Shown: in pieces, positions 53,130 to 63,485 of the stretch
Layout: each line of letters starts with the position of its first letter
Numbering within the stretch: the stretch's first letter is position 1
IMG/VR virus record: IMGVR_UViG_3300049811_000081
Location: 1 to 64,000 of that record
Direction: 5' to 3' (one strand)
DNA: 64,000 nt
Source: a virus
Notes under the pieces: model-generated
Databases searched by the model: none
Told to the model about the DNA's origin: nothing
Seen by the model: the letters and a program-made list of their open reading frames with translations, nothing else
Translations under genes and position numbers: made by a program

Positions 53130-53629
53130 TTTATTTTATACCGAAGAATTGGCATAATTCAATACGATTACCGTCGTTAAAGAGAGGTCATTCATTATCA
53201 AAAAAGGTAATTCTTGATAACACCTGCAAGTATAAATTCGATACTGTTGACGATTTGGATTGGAATAAATTAATTGGTTATACGTTTAATTTTTCCGGTG
53301 TCCATCGAAACAGTTTAAGGATTGGTTGGCGATATAATTCATTGAAAGATATTTTCGAACTATCTGTTTACTATTATTTAAATGGTGTGAAATACTTTAA
53401 CATGAACCCTCAATTTGAGGTTGGGTCGGATAAAATGTTTCATGTTAAGTTTGTTCCAAACTATACGGAAAGATATATTGATGTTTTAATCGATAACAAA
53501 ACGATATATAATTTACCTATTCCTGAAAACATAAAGTTTTCTAAAAAAAGTTGGGGTTGGAAATTATTTCCGTATTTTGGTGGAAATAGAAAGTCTCCAC
53601 ATTTGATGAGAGTTGAGATAAAAAAATAA
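53126..53629 (+). CDS. Beta-rich (lectin/jelly-roll-like) hypothetical protein
   Basis: DWNKLIG..S.RIGWR..PYFGG; followed by a terminator. Confidence 0.5.
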   Translation: MIYFIPKNWHNSIRLPSLKRGHSLSKKVILDNTCKYKFDTVDDLDWNKLIGYTFNFSGVHRNSLRIGWRYNSLKDIFELSVYYYLNGVKYFNMNPQFEVGSDKMFHVKFVPNYTERYIDVLIDNKTIYNLPIPENIKFSKKSWGWKLFPYFGGNRKSPHLMRVEIKK

Positions 53630-53656
53630 ACCACCGATTGGTGGTTTATTTTATTT
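53623..53656. terminator. Bidirectional terminator between convergent genes
   Basis: aaaataaaccacc-gatt-ggtggtttatttt. Confidence 0.8.
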
Positions 53657-54562
53657 GTTTAACATCAAGGAGGGTAAAAATTAAATCGCTTCTATCTTGT
53701 TCCCAACAATAAAAGTTGATGTTCCGTTATTTTCATCAAAATTAACAAGATAACATTCGTATCCTGACACATTCATTCCTCCCACTACGGTTCCCTCAGA
53801 AAGAAGATCATGAACATCTCCATCTTCTTTCATTACCTTTCTAACTCGCTGACCTTCTCGATGAGTTACTCCATCAAAATTTTTCATTTCAGAAAAAAGT
53901 TTTTCAAACTCTTCTTTGGTGATTTTGTTTAATCCTACTTTCATTTCTTTTTATTTTATCCGAGTGATTGATGTGTGATTATTCCTTTTTCAACATGAAA
54001 ATTCAGCCTTTCTCTGTTAAGGTCTGCGGTTCCCAAATATTTAACACCGTCTTGAACCATAATTCGGAAGTCAACATCATAGGTGTTTAATATTCTTGTG
54101 AGATCCTTAATTTTTTTCCCAACATGATTTTCACTAATTAGTTGAAACCTTTTAAAATTTTTAAAATCATCATTGGTTTTCTTGATGTCTTCTCCACCAT
54201 ATTTTAATTTTAGTTCTTCATACAATTTCCTTTCATTCTCTTCAATTGTTCTTTTCTTTTTTTCCGCAGCTTCTTTCCTTTTTTTCTTTAGTTCATTTTC
54301 TTTTTTTATTCTGGTGTTGTATTCATCGTCGGTTTCTTCTTTATAACAAACCAATCTAATTTCGTATTCATCAAATGAACGCGTATGCTCAACCTCTATT
54401 TTTTTATAATCTTCTATTGGTGTTAATTTGTTCTTAAAATAATTTTCATGTTCGGTGATCGCTTTCGCAATGGTTTGTCTTAGATTGGTTAATCTTTCGA
54501 TAATGAGATCCACATCACCACTTAAAATGTCATCAATATAGACATTTGGCGCGTCTTTTATT

Positions 54563-55915
54563 TCAATCAGTTTCTTCATTTTTTTTATTTCTTTTATATA
54601 AACTATTACCCGCCATTATACAACCATAAGGAACAATTTCATCCTCTATGATCGCTAATTTATATTTGGTGATCTGATTTTTCACTTGTTCCGCATTTTT
54701 GTATGCGGAAGGTAATTCAGATAAGTCAGGATTATCAAAATAAAATCTGACATCTAACCCCTTAGTTTCTTCTTCAATATTGATTTCCTTTTTAAGGAAC
54801 TTACTTCTGGATAAATTACGTCCAGCACCATGAGGAGCAAACCCCAATGGATTTTCGGGGTGATTAGATACCACCAATACAGGTTGTGACATGTTTAATG
54901 GTATTAACCTTAATCCTGTATTGTTGTCAGGTATCATATCCATCATTGGTGTCGATCCCTTTGCATGATAAAATAAATTGTCTTGTTTAAAAACAAAATT
55001 ATGTTCGTTCCAAAAATGGAGATCAGAAACATATTTTACTTTTTCACGTATTCCAAAGTGTAAAACTTCGTGGTTAAGTTTTGTCCATTCTCTCACAATT
55101 TGCAACGCTTCCCAATATTCAACACCATCTTCGGTATCGTATGGGATCCAGGCATTAATAGAAGGTAGAGATGGGCACAATCTTTTTCTCCACTTTTCAG
55201 CACACATCATCCCTGCTTTATATAACTCAGCCCCCAACCCCCTACTACCGTGATGCGTCACTAAACAGGTTTCACCCGTACTCTTAGACGTTCCAACAAA
55301 TGAAAAGTGGTTTCCATCCCCTTGGGTTCCGAGATGGGTAATGGCCATAGCTTTCGCCTTATCACTAAAAAACCTATTTTTATTAATTCGGTCTAATAAC
55401 TCTTTAGGGGGAACAAATTTATGTGGCGCCTTTCTTTTACCAGCACCAAAATCGGTTAACCTATGAACAATATCCAATATTCTTTTAGGATCGTTACTAC
55501 CATATCCTGTTATCATAACCGAACAACATATGTCGGCACTATGCATCGCGGGATGAATGGCGTTATCGGTAATAACAACACCACCTACAGGGATGTGTCC
55601 AATAGGACCGGCAGGGCATGCGTCTGGCATGATTGCACCCTTATAAACGGTTGGTGTTTTCATCACAACATCCATCGTTTCTTCTACCGAAATAAGGTTC
55701 ACCAATTCTTCCTCAGATTCAGCATCTATGAACTTATCATAAGTTAATGCCTCTTCCTTTGGTACTAACACATTATACTTAGGTATGAAGAGTTCGATGA
55801 TCTCTTTTACATTATCAGAGTTTATCGCGTCAGGATGGTCATTGAAGTATTCAATGACCTCCCCAAACCATGCTGCTGGTTTATACCCCATCGCTATCAA
55901 ATCCTTTCCTGTCAT
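54563..55915 (-). CDS. rtcB: RtcB RNA 2',3'-cyclic-phosphate/5'-OH ligase
   Basis: MPDAC, DICC, GTQGDGNHF, HHGSRG, HN, HAKG, HGAGR and E.P.AYK motifs. Confidence 0.92.
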   Translation of the reverse strand: MTGKDLIAMGYKPAAWFGEVIEYFNDHPDAINSDNVKEIIELFIPKYNVLVPKEEALTYDKFIDAESEEELVNLISVEETMDVVMKTPTVYKGAIMPDACPAGPIGHIPVGGVVITDNAIHPAMHSADICCSVMITGYGSNDPKRILDIVHRLTDFGAGKRKAPHKFVPPKELLDRINKNRFFSDKAKAMAITHLGTQGDGNHFSFVGTSKSTGETCLVTHHGSRGLGAELYKAGMMCAEKWRKRLCPSLPSINAWIPYDTEDGVEYWEALQIVREWTKLNHEVLHFGIREKVKYVSDLHFWNEHNFVFKQDNLFYHAKGSTPMMDMIPDNNTGLRLIPLNMSQPVLVVSNHPENPLGFAPHGAGRNLSRSKFLKKEINIEEETKGLDVRFYFDNPDLSELPSAYKNAEQVKNQITKYKLAIIEDEIVPYGCIMAGNSLYKRNKKNEETD

Positions 55916-56500
55916 TTTATTTCATTTTTCTAAAAGACGACTTTAAATCAAATCCGTGTGATTGGATTTTTTCTTTATCAGTCATGTTATTTTCAATATT
56001 ATCTTTTGGGGATAACCAGTCAGATAATTTAAGATAGATTTCTTGCGGAGACATTTGCCTATTAAACCCAATCTTATCCAATTGGGGAAACGGGTAAATT
56101 CGATCATGTACCTGTAATAAAATAGGGATGTTATATTTCTCGTTGAAATTAGTTTTTCTCGGACCGAGATATACATTCATATAACTACTATTAAGACCTC
56201 CATCTTTAATAATAACATATTTCTCGTTTGTTCTATAATGGTTTTTAACATCCATAATTTTTTCCAACTCTTGACACCAGAAAGTTTTATTTTCTTTGTG
56301 TAAATAAACTCCACCATATGAAATACCACACAGGTGTAATGTCAGACCATAATTAAAATGTGATGATAACATGTGGGTATCAAATTTGAAAATAGGATAT
56401 TCATACGTCCCCGAATATCTTCTATCGAGCACAATTTTATCATCTACCCCATAGACCCCAGAGAGGTAATCATAGTAGTCTTTATATTTTGAAATAATTT

Positions 56501-56974
56501 TCATCTCAGTTCATGTTTTAATAAGGTCAATACCCAACCCAACAAATTCTGTCCTCTCCAATTTTTAGGGTCTTTAATGAGTTCATTATCTTCCCTCAAT
56601 CCAATACCCCATATTCTATCATATGGAGACGCCTCAACCAATATCTTGTCACCAGTTGCAAGTAGTGTCTCTTTTAGTTTCGGGTTCTGTGTGAATTTTT
56701 CATAATTTCCTTTGTAAACTATTTGAAAATTCTTTTCTCCCCATATTTTTTCATCGAAATTTTTAACTCTCCGACCGAGCATTTTTTGAACTTTCGGATC
56801 TTTACTTTGCATAATGAGGTCAGCCATCTCACTATCACCAAAAATAATAGATTTCCTATACATCATGTATTGTTCACAACATTTGAATTTCAATCCCTCA
56901 GTTTCAAATTCTGATGGATACCATTGCGAGAATGGACCATTCCAAAAAAATTCATATTTCTGATTTGAATTCAT
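56501..56974 (-). CDS. NADAR (YbiA-like) family protein
   Basis: FSQWY..EQYMM..K.LGR.V..KF.QN..EASPYDRIWGIG..GQNLLG. Confidence 0.92.
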   Translation of the reverse strand: MNSNQKYEFFWNGPFSQWYPSEFETEGLKFKCCEQYMMYRKSIIFGDSEMADLIMQSKDPKVQKMLGRRVKNFDEKIWGEKNFQIVYKGNYEKFTQNPKLKETLLATGDKILVEASPYDRIWGIGLREDNELIKDPKNWRGQNLLGWVLTLLKHELR

Positions 56975-58548
56975 TGTTGTTTATGATTTCAAGTTTTTCT
57001 TTTCTATTGGCTAATTTCTTACTGTTACCAATCCTTTTATGGGGGGAACATAAACCGCACTTGGGTAGATTACATTTATCCCCCGAATGGTTCTTTCTCT
57101 TCTTTTTCCACTTTTTTGTAAAGTGTCTGTTTTCTGACTTACTCATATGATTAAATATGACCCCGTTACCGTTTCTCCATCCCAACCAAGATCTTCATCG
57201 ATTTCACACAATGTCGTTTGTTTAAAAGACCACCCTTCCTCCCAAGAGATTTCACCGTCCTCACTACCAACCTTTATGATACCATCCTTAATTTGACCTA
57301 CAATCACTTTAAGGGGTATTGAGCCAGCAAGCATTCTGGTAACGACATCACCCACTTTTATTTCTTTCCCCACATTACGGTTAACCACAATTTCAGCCAA
57401 TTTTATATCCCTTTTCATACTTACGTTTTACACGTTTGATGAACAATCTATTTTTATCCATGACGTAAAATCGTTTGTGTATTTTACCATCACCCATCCC
57501 ATCACGCAAAATAGAAATTATTCTATTATAAAGTTCAAGTCTATAAGACTTTATTCTTAAAAACTTCGGTTTTTTTCTATTTGTTAGATACCCCATTATT
57601 TTTGATCATTTCAATCAACTCTTCCTTGGTTTTCTCTTTTAGAGTATCAACAGATAAATCACCCGTTAACCTTATTTCACTAATTTCGGATTTGATTTTT
57701 TCCCTCAGTAACGATGTGAGTTCATATGGGATTTGTTTACTGGAACTATCTGACGTAATAAATTCACCAACAGCTCCGCCAGCAACAATAATCAACGCAT
57801 CTTTTTTAGTGGGGATGAAAATATACCCCATCCATGATATAAAGGAAAAGATTGTGAACCATATAAAAAGTTTTCTAAAATTCGTTCCCCAATACTGTAC
57901 TGATTGTTTCTCCTTATCGGTGGGTCTTTCTGACATGGACATATGTGTAAGCACATAGACAACAAATGAGACAATACAAAGAATTGTAAACGCATTTGAC
58001 GTAAAATCAAAAAAACGTTTAACGTTGTCAGCAACTGAAATCCAATAAAAAATCTGATACCAATTCATAATATTTGTTTTTATGTAAAAAATTAAATACA
58101 CATTTGTTTCAGTTCTTCCCAAGTCGGTTTAGTTCCTTCCGGAACAAAAAATTCCCAACCATTATCAAAGATTTCTCTTTGTGTAAATACCCAATTGGGA
58201 TCGGTATCGTCAACATATTTTAAAACGGGTTTATTGTCAACCATGTGAAGATACCCACTATCAAATTTTCCCCCATCAGATTGAAAATGATCACAGGTTG
58301 AGGATTGTGCCAAATATTCGTATTCTGAATTATTCGGATTTTTTTCAACCAACTCTAAATATTTTCTCTTCGCATCATACCAATCCTTTACGAAATTTCC
58401 AGACTTAAATGAAGTTGTTTTACCTCCGTGAAATAAACTCACACCACGATATACCATATCGTTTGATATGACATTTCCATCATCGTCATAATTGTTCCCA
58501 CCCTCGTAATTGATCGATATTACTGCCATGATATTTTTTTTAAAAATC

Positions 58549-58752
58549 AAGATAACAACCGCCTTCTAAGTAGGATACTGTTTTAAGGCTGGTTTGCTAG
58601 GAAATAGCGTCCATAATTTAAGTGCTTTCACTTACCTATCAGTACATTAATCTGAACCACTCACATCTTAGAACTGTGAGGTAATAATTGGGACTCAAAC
58701 CCACATAGTAACTAGCTTATATTACTGTTTAGTATTAATCGGTTGTTATCTC
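58549..58752 (-). ncRNA. Candidate structured ncRNA (~200 nt), family unknown
   Basis: Largest ORF-free gap in the region; terminal stem agataacaaccg/cggttgttatct; internal hairpins; consensus promoter and boxA-like sequence immediately upstream. Confidence 0.55.
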
Positions 58753-58766
58753 AAAGAACTTGAATA

Positions 58767-58798
58767 CAAAGATAAAACATTTATATCAATAAACCAAA
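58767..58798 (-). promoter_or_regulatory. Bacteroidota primary-sigma promoter TTTG-N20-TATCTTTG
   Basis: caaagata at 58767-58774 and caaa at 58795-58798 on the + strand. Confidence 0.75.
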
Positions 58799-58805
58799 TT
58801 TATTT

Positions 58806-59048
58806 TTAGAAAATTCTGTCAATCAAAAGGTAACCCAAAAAAATTGATATCGAGAAATATATGATTACTGTCTGAAATTTACTCATTGGGGTTGCCCAAT
58901 ATGTGTCCTTTAAAAAATTAGGTTCAAAAAGTATATATACTCCTCTCAATAAATAGGAGATCGAACCTAACGCAAAAATGACATTTATTAAGATATTCAT
59001 AATGATAGATTTTTTAATCCCACCATTCGAGACAATCTCCGACTTCAT
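58806..59048 (-). CDS. Small two-TM membrane protein (immunity-like)
   Basis: Two hydrophobic helices; directly downstream of the lipoprotein. Confidence 0.5.
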   Translation of the reverse strand: MKSEIVSNGGIKKSIIMNILINVIFALGSISYLLRGVYILFEPNFLKDTYWATPMSKFQTVIIYFSISIFLGYLLIDRIF

Positions 59049-59604
59049 ATATCATAATCCCAACAGTAATTACCCCAGCAACCCTTCTACCGATTAATTT
59101 CAACGCACCAATAACTGTTCTTTTAGTTGCACCAGCAACAATGGATTCGTATATACTTTGTATCTCCGTAATTCCAATAAGTGTTCCAACCGCAGTTAGA
59201 AAACAACCGAAATCGTCAATGTCTTTCCTAATGGTTAAATCATTGGTTGTGGTTGGTTTTGTTCTTTGATTATACTTTTCATGTAATCCAAGGAAAACCC
59301 CAACCATAATAACACCTTCGGGATCATCAATATAGTCATTCGTTAAATCAATCCCTTCTGTGTCTTTTACATAGGATCCGATTTTATTTGCCAAATCGAT
59401 AAAAACCTCTTTAGCAAACTCCTTATCCTTATCCATTATGATCTCCTGTAAATCCAATTTTTTGTCATCAAAAATATCCTTGATCGATGTGTGAGTGTTT
59501 TTTGACAACTCCAACTTCCAAGGATTTTTGACTTCAATTTCTTCGTTCTTTTTACAAGAAGAAAATAATGTCAACATCAAAACAAAAACAATCAAATTTT
59601 TCAT
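59014..59604 (-). CDS. Lipoprotein with a C-terminal amphipathic, bacteriocin-like domain
   Basis: Lipobox LFSS-C followed by KKNEE; Gly/Ala/Ile-rich C-terminus bracketed by two Cys. Confidence 0.6.
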   Translation of the reverse strand: MKNLIVFVLMLTLFSSCKKNEEIEVKNPWKLELSKNTHTSIKDIFDDKKLDLQEIIMDKDKEFAKEVFIDLANKIGSYVKDTEGIDLTNDYIDDPEGVIMVGVFLGLHEKYNQRTKPTTTNDLTIRKDIDDFGCFLTAVGTLIGITEIQSIYESIVAGATKRTVIGALKLIGRRVAGVITVGIMIYEVGDCLEWWD

Positions 59605-59959
59605 AATAAAATTTTGTGGTTTCTCCTACCTTCAGATTATACTCTGTGTCGGAATTTCAGTAAGTTTTCATAATAAAGGATTAAATATTATCCAATATCT
59701 CTTTCATAACTTCTTTTTTCGGTTTTGTCGTCATATAGGTTTTCATAACCATTGACATCTCAACAAACTTATTAATCATGTACCTTTCTTCGGTTTCATA
59801 ATTAAACTTTTTCAATGCATCCTCCAAAGGTATTTCTTTAACAAGATAGTCTGAGTGTTTAAACATGATCTTATCCTTTGTGATATCATAACGCAAAGAC
59901 ATCACTTCCCCACGATTGTTTCTGTATGTGATTTTAAATTCCATATATAAAATTATTCA

Positions 59960-59990
59960 CAAATATAATGTGTTTTTTCGAATATCCAAA
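59960..59990 (-). promoter_or_regulatory. Bacteroidota primary-sigma promoter TTTG-N19-TATATTTG
   Basis: caaatata at 59960-59967 and caaa at 59987-59990, upstream of 59681..59944. Confidence 0.7.
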
Positions 59991-61693
59991 AAAATTTTAA
60001 ATAAAAATATAATCATAATTTTTTTATAACGTCGGTGAAAAAAAAACCGTTAATCCAGTTGTTTGATGATGTCCCTTGTTATGATGTAGAACCAAATACC
60101 AACAATTATATATCTTAAATTAGAAATTGCATACCACTCATCACCAAATAAATAATATATGGATATTGCAATTAAGACAATGTTTGTGATTATTAAAATG
60201 ATTTTGATATTTTTTACATACTTTTTCACTTCAATCGATATTTTTTAAGATGTGACTAATACAAGTGGTGTATACTTTTTTACCATGAAATTCATTTAAC
60301 TCTTTAATTTTTTTCTTTAATATTCTTAATCCATATGATTTTCCTTTTCTTGGGGAATTTTTATACTTCATTACAATTGGTTTAATAACCGAATTGTATT
60401 CATTAATATATTTTTGTTCTCCTCTGTATTTCAAATATATACAATTCATAATTAACCAACAACCCAATTTAATATTTTTAAATGCTCTTCAACCTTTCTC
60501 ATTTCGTGATCGGTGAAATCCACTTTCTTTTTCAGGTCACCACCCGAATTAACCCCATTAATTGAGATCTCTTTCAGATAATCGATCATGTATGCATCCG
60601 AAATTGTTTTATAATATTCAAGGGTGTTTTTTAATTCCTCAATTTTGGTTTTGATTTCGTTTTGTGTTCTCATCTAATTTATCGATTTATTAAATAATCA
60701 ACCATTTCTTTTATTTTCTTATTTAGAAAATCTGCGTCAGATGATGATAAACTTAAAGTCGGTTTTTCTGAGTTGTCGATATGTATGTCGATACATTTTG
60801 TTTCTTCATTGGTGTCTATTCTTATTTCATGTTTGGTACTTGTTCGAAAAGTTGATCTAACGAAAAAAGGATTTACTAATTTTTCCATAAAGAACATTTT
60901 TATCTTGTACTGTCTCGGAGACCACTTCAAAATCTACTTCCTTACCGTCATTATCCACTATCTGTGAAATGGACGCCTGCACAATATTGACATCATCGGG
61001 ATGTAAGGGGATAGTTTTTTCTATCTCATACGGCACAACACCGAATTGGTTTTGTTTTGTTTGGTAACTAATAACCCATCCTTCTTTTGTGTAATGTAAT
61101 ATGCCGTGTGACATGGTGATTAATTTACATATAACCTCTTGTTATTATAAAAGGCAACCGGATTATCTCCAGCAATTACACCATATTCGGTTTTCACGTT
61201 ATTATAAATGGAATTTTTGTCATTGTCGATGTATTCTGACAAGATATGACAAAACCCATAATTGGATTCATCAACAATATCCTGAGACGTTCCGTATAAT
61301 CCACAATAGTATGCTTCGGAAACTTCGGAAATAAACATACCACTATAAAAACCAAATAGGTTATTATTTTTAACAAATTGATCGGCGTTACACCAAATGT
61401 ATATGTTTTCCTTTTTATTTTTCAAATGGGACACAATCTTTTTGTCTATCACATACCCACCAAAATCGGGAAATTTTCCGACGGAAAATAAACCTTCGGG
61501 TGAACCATGACCCATCATCATTATCCTGTCATGTGACTTTATTAAGTCAATTAATTCACTTCTGGTAACATTACCTTTAATTACAGTTTTTTCCACAATT
61601 GGATTATATACGATTTCGAGAAAATCCGTTGTTTTGTCTTTGGGATGAATAATCAATGTTTTGTTCATAAAAACTAAATTAACGTTTATTTTA

Positions 61694-62125
61694 TTAATAC
61701 CAATTTTTTCTTGCGGGAGATAATAATTTACTCCTACTATAATTTATAGATAGTGTATCAAACACTTGTTTACAAGAATTTCGATAATCGAATTCTAATT
61801 GATATCGATTGGCAAATTCTTTAAAACCGTGAAGTACCGATGCATGATCCCTATCAACATGCCCACCGATAATAGTGCTACTTAATCCATATTTTAATTT
61901 TATACAGGCGTAATATAAATAACGAGCATTTACGTGAACAACTTTTCTTGATTTTGAAATTATTTCCTTTTCAGTTACCTTAAAAGTGTGTGCAACTATT
62001 TTAAGTATTTTTTTTTGTGATGTGTCACAATGTTTTTTGATACACGCCTCCTGAATATCTTTTGGTAAATCATCTACCCTTATACCCGGATAGATATAAG
62101 GGGAGATTATTGGTGATTTCTGCAT
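61694..62125 (-). CDS. DnaA C-terminal (domain IV) HTH protein
   Basis: I...VA..F.V....I.SKSR....V.AR..IG..RDHASVLHG. Confidence 0.8.
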   Translation of the reverse strand: MQKSPIISPYIYPGIRVDDLPKDIQEACIKKHCDTSQKKILKIVAHTFKVTEKEIISKSRKVVHVNARYLYYACIKLKYGLSSTIIGGHVDRDHASVLHGFKEFANRYQLEFDYRNSCKQVFDTLSINYSRSKLLSPARKNWY

Positions 62126-62136
62126 TTGGTTTTTAT

Positions 62137-63186
62137 TTAGAAATGGATATTTTCATCAAGTCCACTTATTGGATCGACCCCACTTATTATGTGTGACGAA
62201 CTTATCGTTAGGGTATCATTAAAGATGCCCATTTTTTTGATTATCTCTGTTCCTTCCGAATTTACGCCGTTATCTACCATATCAGATAAAAGATTATTTG
62301 CGTGATTTACATATCCTTCGGACAATGGGAAGTTTTGGGTAATGTTCCCACTCATGACTGTTAGCGGTGGAGCGGCTTCATTTACAATTATACGATCATC
62401 ACCTAAATCAAAATCATCTTCGGAGTTGAAAGTGATATTGGCAATTCCATCACTACTGATTATGTGGTCTTTTATGATACCTAATATTTTTGGGTCAATA
62501 TTGGACATCATGGAATCTATTCTAACATCTATTTGATCCCAAAAAGTTAATTCCCTATCACTAAATCTAAAGTGTGTGGCAACTTTTAGTCCTGTTTTTT
62601 TATTGATGGTATAAATCAGAATTCCATTTGATGCCCATTGAGCAAAATAATGACGCCTACCTGTGTCGGTTGATGACGTACACCATTTTGTGTTTTTCCC
62701 ATACTTAATCGAAGCCTCCCAAGTCAATGGTTTTAAAACCAGCCACTCATTATCTTCATAAATTTTTGTGATTTGCTTTTCAAGTTCTTTTTCCTCCAGA
62801 GTTAATTCAACAACATTCAAGATGTTTAAAATTTGTGAATACGATTTGATATTGTTTAGGTCTTCTTTTATTCTGTTCTTTTCATAATGAGATATAAATT
62901 TTTGAATATTCTTTATTTTTTCTAAATCATCAGAATGGAAGTGTTTATTCACCAAATAATCAAATTCATAATGATTAAGGTTTTTATTATCATCATTAAA
63001 ATACACCTCTTGTTTTTCTAGTTGAAACCTAAGTTGCGGTCGGTCTACGTCATGAAAGTTTGGTTTAAAAAAGCTCATCAAAAATGGTAAATATTTGTGT
63101 GGTTTTTCTTCACAAAAACACTCAAATATTTTTGCCAAATTGATATTGTTTTCCTCATTTGATCTAATCTCTTTAATTTTTGACAT
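62137..63186 (-). CDS. Large-phage conserved protein (PcfJ-like S.KYG..TKWC motif)
   Basis: WLVLKPLTWEASIKYGKNTKWCTS; weak relative at 37823..38503. Confidence 0.5.
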   Translation of the reverse strand: MSKIKEIRSNEENNINLAKIFECFCEEKPHKYLPFLMSFFKPNFHDVDRPQLRFQLEKQEVYFNDDNKNLNHYEFDYLVNKHFHSDDLEKIKNIQKFISHYEKNRIKEDLNNIKSYSQILNILNVVELTLEEKELEKQITKIYEDNEWLVLKPLTWEASIKYGKNTKWCTSSTDTGRRHYFAQWASNGILIYTINKKTGLKVATHFRFSDRELTFWDQIDVRIDSMMSNIDPKILGIIKDHIISSDGIANITFNSEDDFDLGDDRIIVNEAAPPLTVMSGNITQNFPLSEGYVNHANNLLSDMVDNGVNSEGTEIIKKMGIFNDTLTISSSHIISGVDPISGLDENIHF

Positions 63187-63236
63187 GGATATAAAATTTT
63201 AATTTTGGAAATTACGATAAAGATATACAAAAAATA

Positions 63237-63262
63237 AACCCCACAAAAATTTTTGCGGGGTT
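63237..63262 (-). terminator. Hairpin / possible terminator
   Basis: aaccccacaaaaa..ttttgcggggtt. Confidence 0.45.
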
Positions 63263-63284
63263 AAAATAAAATGGTTTGGTAATT

Positions 63285-63485
63285 TTATTTTCGTTCTATG
63301 ACTTCATTTGTGTCAATGTCAATTATGTAATGTGTGCCGTTTCTATCCACCCCAACAACATACCTACCGTTTTCGTTTCCGTCGCTCGGAGTAACTGATG
63401 TTGTCTCGTCTTGATTTATTTCGTTTACGATTTCGGTAACTATTTTTTCTAAATCCGATTCTTTTAATTTAATAATCTTTTTCAT
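63285..63485 (-). CDS. Small protein with a KKIIKL.ESDL..IV N-terminal motif
   Basis: MKKIIKLKESDLEKIVTEIVNE; preceded by ATATTTATTA. Confidence 0.6.
   Translation of the reverse strand: MKKIIKLKESDLEKIVTEIVNEINQDETTSVTPSDGNENGRYVVGVDRNGTHYIIDIDTNEVIERK

Noticed and set aside
58680-58710. Canonical tRNA gene
   Set aside because: Only a T-arm-like hairpin is present; no acceptor, D or anticodon arms at tRNA spacing. Kept as part of the ncRNA candidate.
4766-62536. Numerous + strand ORFs of 60-170 aa (e.g. 18928..19434, 34469..34825, 57581..57958)
   Set aside because: They are antisense shadows of well-supported - strand genes, with Ser/Phe/Ile-rich mirror composition.
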